Of a stretch of 64,000 nucleotides of DNA, positions 58,046 to 64,000 are shown one piece after another; position 1 is the first letter of the stretch, and every line of letters begins with the position of its first letter. The stretch lies in contig CAVPQP010000003.1 of assembly GCA_963707585.1 (NCBI GenBank), forward strand, positions 334,511-398,510. The letters run 5' to 3'. The DNA is from an uncultured Actinomycetes bacterium (GTDB taxonomy: Bacteria > Actinomycetota > Thermoleophilia > Gaiellales > JAICJC01). The position numbers and the translations under genes were made by a program. The notes below the pieces were generated by a model. The model was not told where the DNA came from. It ran no database searches and saw only the letters and a program-made list of their open reading frames with translations.

Positions 58046-58965
58046 AGCGCGACCGGGTTCGACCACGCCCTCCCGCCGTCGCCGTCCGCAAGCTCGATGC
58101 GGCCGGCGGCGGCGCCGGGAGGCGGCGCGAACTCGACGGCGGTGATCAGGCCGGCCGAGTCGCGCTCCAGGATCTTCGTACGATGGCGGAAGGCGAGCCG
58201 GCCGACGTTGGCCCGGCAGCCGTCCTCGGGCCCCGTCAGGAGCGTCACGGACCGGCACGGGCTGCAGCGCACGTGCAGGCCGCCCGCGACCGGCTCGATC
58301 GCGTCGAACCGCGGTCCCGTCGACGCGTAGGCGGCGCCGGTGCGCAGCGCCTCGAGCAGGCCGGCCGCCGTCGGCTCGGACACGCGCGCCATCGTCCACG
58401 CGTAGCCGTTGTCGAACCCCGGGTAGTGGGTGTCGTCGCACGCGACGGCGAAGCACGAGCGGCCCGCGTCGAGCAGCATGTCCCAGTGCACGGCCGAGAG
58501 TCCGCGGCCGTTCTCGATCTCGCAGCCGGCGTTGTAGACCTCGATCCCGACGACGGCCGGAAGGCCGGCGACCTCCTCCATCGGCACGCCGGTCCAGTAC
58601 GGGTGGGCGATGTAGGCGACGCCGCCGTGCTCGGCCACGAACGCCATCGCGTCGGGCAGGTCGGGGTAGGTGCGCTCGTCGTCGGGGTCGACCTCGGGCT
58701 CGCGCTCAAGGCCGTAGACGAGCACGTCGACCCAGATCCCGCGGGGCGTCCGGCACGTGAGCTCGATGCCGGGCAGGAGCACCATGCCGTCGCGCGCGGG
58801 CGGCTCGGTGATCGTCCAGTGGTCGGTGACCGCAAGCGCGTTCCACTCGGCGCGCTCGTAGTGCTCGACGAGCGCCTCGGGCTGGAGCTCGCCGTCGGAG
58901 CGGGTCGTGTGGGCGTGCAGGGCGCAGCGCAGCCAGGTGCCGTCGATCTGGAAGGGGTTCGTCAT
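58042..58965 (-). CDS. PHP-domain metallohydrolase (CehA/McbA-like)
   Basis: LHAHTTRSDG, AVTDH, GIE, IAHPYW, GIEVYN, CDDTH. Confidence 0.85.
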   Translation of the reverse strand: MTNPFQIDGTWLRCALHAHTTRSDGELQPEALVEHYERAEWNALAVTDHWTITEPPARDGMVLLPGIELTCRTPRGIWVDVLVYGLEREPEVDPDDERTYPDLPDAMAFVAEHGGVAYIAHPYWTGVPMEEVAGLPAVVGIEVYNAGCEIENGRGLSAVHWDMLLDAGRSCFAVACDDTHYPGFDNGYAWTMARVSEPTAAGLLEALRTGAAYASTGPRFDAIEPVAGGLHVRCSPCRSVTLLTGPEDGCRANVGRLAFRHRTKILERDSAGLITAVEFAPPPGAAAGRIELADGDGGRAWSNPVAL

Positions 58966-58997
58966 CGGGGTGCGGGCGAATCTACCAGCGCCGGAGC

Positions 58998-60044
58998 TCA
59001 CGCCTGCGCGTCTGCCCCGCTCACGCCCCAGGTGTCGGAGAGCAGGTAGCCCTCCGGGAACGGGTCGGTGGGGTCGACGACGAGCTGCGAGATGCCGGTG
59101 ATCCAGGCGCTCCCGCGGATCGCCGGCACGATCGCGGGCCGGTCGCCGACGCGCGTCTCCGACACGATCCGCCCCGTCGAACGTCGAGCCGATCGCCGAG
59201 GCGTGCGTCATCGCCTCGCCGGCGCGCATCAGCCCGCGCGCGTGCAGGGTGGCCATCCGGGCCGAGAGGCCCGTGCCGGTGGCCGACCGGTCGAGCCGCC
59301 CGGGCGCGACGACCACGGCGTTTCGGCTCACCTCGCCGACACCCTGCCACGGGCCGGCGAGCTGCACGATGCTGACGCCGCGCGATGTCCGGGTTCTCGG
59401 GATGGACACAGGGGAGCTGCTCGCGGGCCGCCGCCCGGATGCGCTCGCCGGCGAGCGACAGGTCGCGGGCCTCGGCGGGCTCGATCGCGAAGCCCAGAGC
59501 CTGCGCGTCGGCGATCGCGTACCACATGCCGCCGTAGGCGACGTCGACCGTGATCGTGCCCAGGCCCGCCGACCTCGAGCGCGGCGTCGAGGCGGTCGGC
59601 GAACGAGGCCACGTTGCGCACCTCGACGCTCTCGCAGCGGCCGTCGCGGCAGCGGGCCGTCACCTCGACCACGCCTCCCGGCGCCTCGAGGCGCAGCGTC
59701 GTCTCCGGCTCGGTCATCGCGACCATGCCGGTCTCGAGCAGCACGGTCGTCGTGCAGATCGTGTTCGACCCCGACATCGGCGGGTACTCGGTCGGCTCCA
59801 TGATGATGAACCCGGCGTCGCAGTCGGGCCGGGTGGCCGGCACGACGAGATTCGCGTGGCACGCCACGCTCCCGCGCGGCTCGTGCAGGAGCAGCCGCCG
59901 CAGCCCGTCGCCGTCGCGCTGCAGCGCCTGCATCTGCTCGAACACGGTTGCGCCCGGCGGCGGCAGCACGCCGCCGGTGACGACGTTTCCGATCTCACCG
60001 CCGGCGTGGCAGCCGACGACCGTGATCACACGGTGGGCGCGCAT
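58998..60044 (-). CDS. Proline racemase family protein, Ser/Thr type (probable hydroxyproline dehydratase); frameshifted
   Basis: [22 protein letters not shown] (in place of MCGH), DRSATGTG (in place of DRSPCGTG), DPFPEGY. Confidence 0.85.
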
Positions 60045-60070
60045 GGGCGGCGAGTGTAGCCGCCCGTGCC

Positions 60071-60832
60071 TCAGGCGCTCGGCTCCGGATTGCTGAAGTC
60101 CGGCCCGGCGGGCGTGGGCTCGACGGCGCGGACGAGGAAGTACGAGATCGCGTAGAGCACCAGCATCGGCACGTACTCGGCCGTCATCGTGATGGGGTCG
60201 GTGCCCGGGAGCACTGCGGCGAAGACCGCCAGGCCGACGACGGCCTCGCGCCAGCGCCGCCTCATGAGCGACGAGCGCAGGATGCCGACCCGTCCGAGCA
60301 TCATCATCACGACGGGCAGCTCGAACACGAGGCCCATCGCGAGGAGCGTATACATGATGAAGTGGATGTAGTCGCTCGCCCGCGGAAAGTAGGTGACGAC
60401 GCCGCTGTTGAAGCTCGTCAGGAAGTGGATCGCGGGCGGGATGACGACGAACCAGCCGAATACGACCCCGGTCAGGAACAGGCCGGGCACCATCAAGAGC
60501 AGCGGCCGGATCGCGCGCTGCGACTCGGGCGCGAACGCAGGGATGACGAAGGCATAGAGCTGGTAGCTCAGCACGGGCAGGCTGATCAGAAGGCCTCCGT
60601 ACACGGACACGGTGATCGCGTTGAAGAACGCCTCGCTCGGCGCAAAGGTGACCAGCTGACGGTGATGGATCGGCCCGGTCATGAGCCGGTAGATCTGGTC
60701 GTTCTCGTAGTAGCAGGCCGACACGGCCACGAGGAGCACCGCGATCGACACGATCAGCCGTTTCCGCAGCTCCTCCAGATGCTCGACGACCGAGAGCTCC
60801 TCGTCGGGCTTCGGCCGGCGGATGCGCTTCAT
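60071..60832 (-). CDS. tatC: Twin-arginine translocase subunit TatC
   Basis: VEHLEELRKRL, PSEAF, YQLYAFVIPA, VFELPV, PGTDPITM. Confidence 0.93.
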   Translation of the reverse strand: MKRIRRPKPDEELSVVEHLEELRKRLIVSIAVLLVAVSACYYENDQIYRLMTGPIHHRQLVTFAPSEAFFNAITVSVYGGLLISLPVLSYQLYAFVIPAFAPESQRAIRPLLLMVPGLFLTGVVFGWFVVIPPAIHFLTSFNSGVVTYFPRASDYIHFIMYTLLAMGLVFELPVVMMMLGRVGILRSSLMRRRWREAVVGLAVFAAVLPGTDPITMTAEYVPMLVLYAISYFLVRAVEPTPAGPDFSNPEPSA

Positions 60833-60839
60833 CGGTCGG

Positions 60840-61100
60840 TCAGGCGCTCGTCGGGCGGCCGGAGTCGGCGGCGACCGGCGGGGTGTAGGACTGCGGCGGC
60901 GTGTAGCCCGGCTGGACCGGGTTCAGCACCGCGGCCGGCGCGGCGGTGCCGTCGTGCGCCTTGTCCGTGATCCCGTCCTTGAACTCGCGGATGCCGCGGC
61001 CGAGCGAGCGGCCGGCCTCGGGCAGGCGCTTGGGGCCGAGGAAGAGCAGCGCCACGACGAGCACGACGATGATCTCTGGGAGTCCGAGCTGGAACGGCAT
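60840..61100 (-). CDS. tatA: Twin-arginine translocase subunit TatA
   Basis: LGLPEIIVVLVVALLFLGPKRLPEAGRSLGRGIREFK. Confidence 0.93.
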   Translation of the reverse strand: MPFQLGLPEIIVVLVVALLFLGPKRLPEAGRSLGRGIREFKDGITDKAHDGTAAPAAVLNPVQPGYTPPQSYTPPVAADSGRPTSA

Positions 61101-61211
61101 GGGCGGTGCTCCTTGGGTGCGTGGTGTGAAACGCGGTCGACGAGTACTTCGTTCCTACGACGATACCGGTTCTTGTGCCGATCGCTACCTCAAGGCGCTG
61201 CGGGCGCTCGC

Positions 61212-61718
61212 CTACGTGAAGATGATCTGCCCGCCGGCCGCCAGCTCGTAGAACTCGCCGACCGTGAGCACGCCCTCCACCTGGGGCACGAAATCGGCCG
61301 GCTTCAGGCCGAACATGTCGACCGTCGCCTGGCAGGCGTAGAGCTTTGCGCCGGAGTCGGCGATCATCTCGATGAACTCGCGCACGGGCGGGATGTCGAG
61401 CTTCTCCATCTGCCGCGACATCATCCGCGTCGCGACCGCGGCCATGCCCGGGATCGCGCCGATCAGCGTCGGCATGTGCATGCCCGGGTTCCCGACCGTC
61501 GCCACCTTGATGTGGTCGATGCGGTTCTTCCGCACCGCGTCGAGGCCGAAGAACGTGAAGAACACGTTGGCCTCGATGCCCTCCATGCGCGCGCCGTTTG
61601 CGAGGATCAGCGCGGGGTAGATGCCCTCGAGCGATCCCTTCGACACGATGATCGCGACCTTGGCGATCGTTGCGGGCGCCGGGTCGGCGACCTGCGGCTC
61701 TGCGAGTGTGGTGGCCAT
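61212..61718 (-). CDS. DsrE/DsrF/DrsH-like (DsrE2) sulfur carrier
   Basis: IIVSKGSLE..YPALIL, FFTFFGL, KLYACQ, EFYELAAGGQIIFT. Confidence 0.85.
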   Translation of the reverse strand: MATTLAEPQVADPAPATIAKVAIIVSKGSLEGIYPALILANGARMEGIEANVFFTFFGLDAVRKNRIDHIKVATVGNPGMHMPTLIGAIPGMAAVATRMMSRQMEKLDIPPVREFIEMIADSGAKLYACQATVDMFGLKPADFVPQVEGVLTVGEFYELAAGGQIIFT

Positions 61719-61745
61719 CTTCCTGTCCTCTCTCAGATCAACCCT

Positions 61746-62063
61746 CTAGATGCAGCCGCGCGGCTTCGGGATGCCGGCGATCTTGGCGGCGAGCTTCGCC
61801 GGGCCCTTCGGGAACAGCTCGTACAGCTCCTTGATGGGCACGCCCGAGGCCTTGCCGAGCGTGCGGATCGACGGCGCCGCGCCCGTTTCGAGATACGTCT
61901 TGCGCATGTAGTCGACCACCTGCCAGTGGCGGTCGGTCAGCGTGGCGATGCCGTTTCGGGCGGCGATGTCCGCTCCGATCTCGCGGCTCCACTGGCCGGT
62001 CTCCTCCAGGAACCCCTCGGCGTCGACGTCGACCGGCGATCCTGCAAGCGTCATGGTGCTCAT
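61746..62063 (-). CDS. tusE: TusE/DsrC family sulfur relay protein with a single C-terminal Cys
   Basis: VDAEGFL, WSREI, LTDRHW, LYELFPKGPAKLAAKIAGIPKPRGCI. Confidence 0.85.
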   Translation of the reverse strand: MSTMTLAGSPVDVDAEGFLEETGQWSREIGADIAARNGIATLTDRHWQVVDYMRKTYLETGAAPSIRTLGKASGVPIKELYELFPKGPAKLAAKIAGIPKPRGCI

Positions 62064-62081
62064 GCTGGTGCTCCTCGATGG

Positions 62082-63328
62082 TCAGGTTTCACCGCGCCGG
62101 CCCGGCGCGGCCGCATCCGTGCGCTGATGCCCGGCAGCGCCCGGCCGGGGACGAGCAGCGTGCCAGTAGACCCACTCGAACATCAGCTTGCCGATGTGGT
62201 TTCGCCGCGCCTCACGCAGCAGCGGCAGCGGTCCGATGCCCGGGATGGGGAAGCGCCCGGGCAGCGGCTCCTCGTCGTAGTTGAAGTCGATCAGGAGCGC
62301 CTTCCCGAACCCCGTCTCGACGAAGCAGTTCGCGTGGCCGTCGAACGTTGCGGCGAGCGGCTTGCCGGCGAGGAACCGGCGCACGTTGGCGACGAGCGTC
62401 TCGCCCTCGAAGTGCGCGACGGAGCCGGCCTTCGAGGTGGGCAGGTTGGTCGCGTCGCCGAGCGACGAAGATGTTCGCCGCGGCGGTCGCCTGCAGCGTC
62501 GCGGGGTCCGTCGGTACGAACCCCAGGTCGTCCCCGAGCCCCGGCGAGCCGGCCGACGAACGCGGCCCCGCCGTGGGGCGGGACGGTGACGAGCAGGTCG
62601 AAGCCGACCTCGCGCTCGTCCCAGCTCACGAGCCGGCCGCCGCTGCCGTCGATCTCGCCGGTCGCGAACTCGGTCTCGATCGCGATCCCCTTCCCCTCGA
62701 GCAGGCCCGTCAGGTGCGCCGATGCGGCCGGCTTGGTGAACGCGGCGTCGAGCGGCGTCACGAACCGCAGGTCGACCTGGTCGCGGATGCCCTGCTTGTG
62801 CAGGTACCAGTCGGCGAGGAAGCAGAACTCGAGCGGCGCCACGGGGCACTTGATGGGCAGGTCGACGAAGTTGACGACCAGGCGCCCCGACCGGAACCGG
62901 CGCAGCGCGTCGCGCAGCCCGGTCGCTCCGGCACGCGTGTAGAACGTGAACACGGAATCGCCCCACCCGGGCCCGGTCATGCCCTCGGTCTCCTCGGGCA
63001 GGAGCTCGGCGCCCGTTGCGATCACGAGCACGTCATAGGGCACGTCGCTGCCGTCGCCCAGACGCACGGCTGAGCGCTCGATGTCGACGCGGTCGACGTC
63101 GGCGATGCGGAAGTCGATGCCCGCGCGCAGCTGCCGGGCGCGGGAGCGCACGATCGCTTCGGGATCGGCGAGCCCGAAGGGGACGAACAGCAGGCCGGGC
63201 TGATAGATGTGGTCGTCGTCGCGGTCGACGACGACGATCTCGGCCGCATCGCCGTACTCCCGGTGCAGCCGGTTCGCGACCAGACTGCCGCCGGTCCCAG
63301 CACCCAGGATGACGATGCGGTGTGCCAT
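62082..63328 (-). CDS. sqr: Sulfide:quinone oxidoreductase, type III-like; frameshifted
   Basis: ILGAGTGG, HIYQPGLLF, YDVLVIATG, IKCPVAPLEF, GDATNLPTSKAGSVAH, FDGHANCFVETG (two redox Cys). Confidence 0.85.
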
Positions 63329-63425
63329 CGCATCCCCATTCTCGGCCTGAGGGCCGGCGGCGGCATCGGGGTCTGCCCCGCTTGCGCAGCGGGGAACTAC
63401 GCGTCGCGGACACGGCCGGGGCGAC

Positions 63426-63441
63426 TGTGCGGAAGATCACA
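63426..63441. promoter_or_regulatory. CRP/Rex-like palindrome upstream of sqr
   Basis: TGTGC-ggaaga-TCACA, one mismatch from TGTGA-N6-TCACA. Confidence 0.5.
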
Positions 63442-63530
63442 TACGGCGTGCTCCGGTTGACGCAGACGCGGCGTGGACGCGTCCGTACGCTCGTGCCATG
63501 AGTTTCTCCCCATCAAGAAGGAGCGCGAAC

Positions 63531-63965
63531 ATGAGCACCCGCACCACCACTCGCATCGCCCTCGCGACCGCGGCGCTGCTCGCCGTGATGGCCCCGGTCG
63601 CCCAGGCAAGGCCGCTCGGCGACACGCACAGCTCGTCCGCGGCGTCCTCCGGCGCGTACGTCGGCACCTACCGCCCGACCGCGCCGACCCCCCCGCCGGT
63701 GTCGCTCGTCTCCGATCGGGCCGACCGCATCGGCATCGCCACGCCGGACACGCCGTCGCTGAGCGTGCCCGACCGCGTCGACAAGATCGGTACCGACCTC
63801 GCGCGGCCGATCGTGACGCCCGTCTTCGTCACGCACACGACGACCGCAGCCGGCTTCGACTGGCTCGACGCCGGTATCGGCGCGGCGGCGGCCCTCGCGC
63901 TCGCGCTGATCGCCACGGCCGGCATGGCCGCGCGCGGCCGCCGTCACGTGCCGCTCACGTCCTGA
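63531..63965 (+). CDS. Exported low-complexity protein with a C-terminal GFDWxDAGIG-TM-basic tail
   Basis: AAGAAGGAG RBS; signal peptide ending VAQA; internal repeat DRADRIG/DRVDKIG; GFDWLDAGIGAAAALALALIATAGMAARGRRH. Confidence 0.78.
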   Translation: MSTRTTTRIALATAALLAVMAPVAQARPLGDTHSSSAASSGAYVGTYRPTAPTPPPVSLVSDRADRIGIATPDTPSLSVPDRVDKIGTDLARPIVTPVFVTHTTTAAGFDWLDAGIGAAAALALALIATAGMAARGRRHVPLTS

Positions 63966-64000
63966 CCGATCCTTGCCGCGCCGCGCTTCACGCGCCGCGC

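Noticed and set aside
61746-62063. Evidence of dissimilatory sulfite reduction (dsrC)
   Set aside because: The protein lacks the second conserved Cys, and there is no dsrAB in the window.

Overview
High-GC actinobacterial chromosomal DNA. Gene content and style suggest Thermoleophilia/Gaiellales (inference only). Many single-base indels split clearly recognisable genes across frames, most likely uncorrected long-read errors, so gene ends marked as frameshifted are reconstructed by eye. Left to right: PFOR (nifJ, truncated) with an Fe-S/flavin partner; an aromatic catabolic operon (aldehyde DH, pcaIJHGBCF, pobA; no pcaD); a TudS/DUF523-related gene pair divergent from pflBA; sulfatase; aldo-keto reductase; a coupled small protein + 750-aa M48 protease + PhaB/FabG-like + MaoC unit; dienelactone hydrolase; MarR-MFS; amidase; MprAB-like two-component system; orphan kinase; P-type ATPase; yceI + FMN reductase; a two-sigma SigB/F partner-switching cluster; C45 hydrolase; lipoprotein; bicupin; esterase; MarR; ligD; a cyclase-STAND NTPase-SBP5 fusion; EamA; PadR; PHP hydrolase; Ser/Thr proline-racemase-family protein; tatCA; an sqr-tusE-dsrE sulfur operon; and an exported protein with a GFDWxDAGIG C-terminal anchor. 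Best leads: (1) four MprA-type TCTYAG-N5 repeat sites, one pointing at an unannotated highly structured intergenic RNA candidate (~33978-34140); (2) the small-protein/M48 protease module; (3) the cytoplasmic cyclase-NTPase-SBP receptor. No rRNA, tRNA, CRISPR array or transposase was seen.
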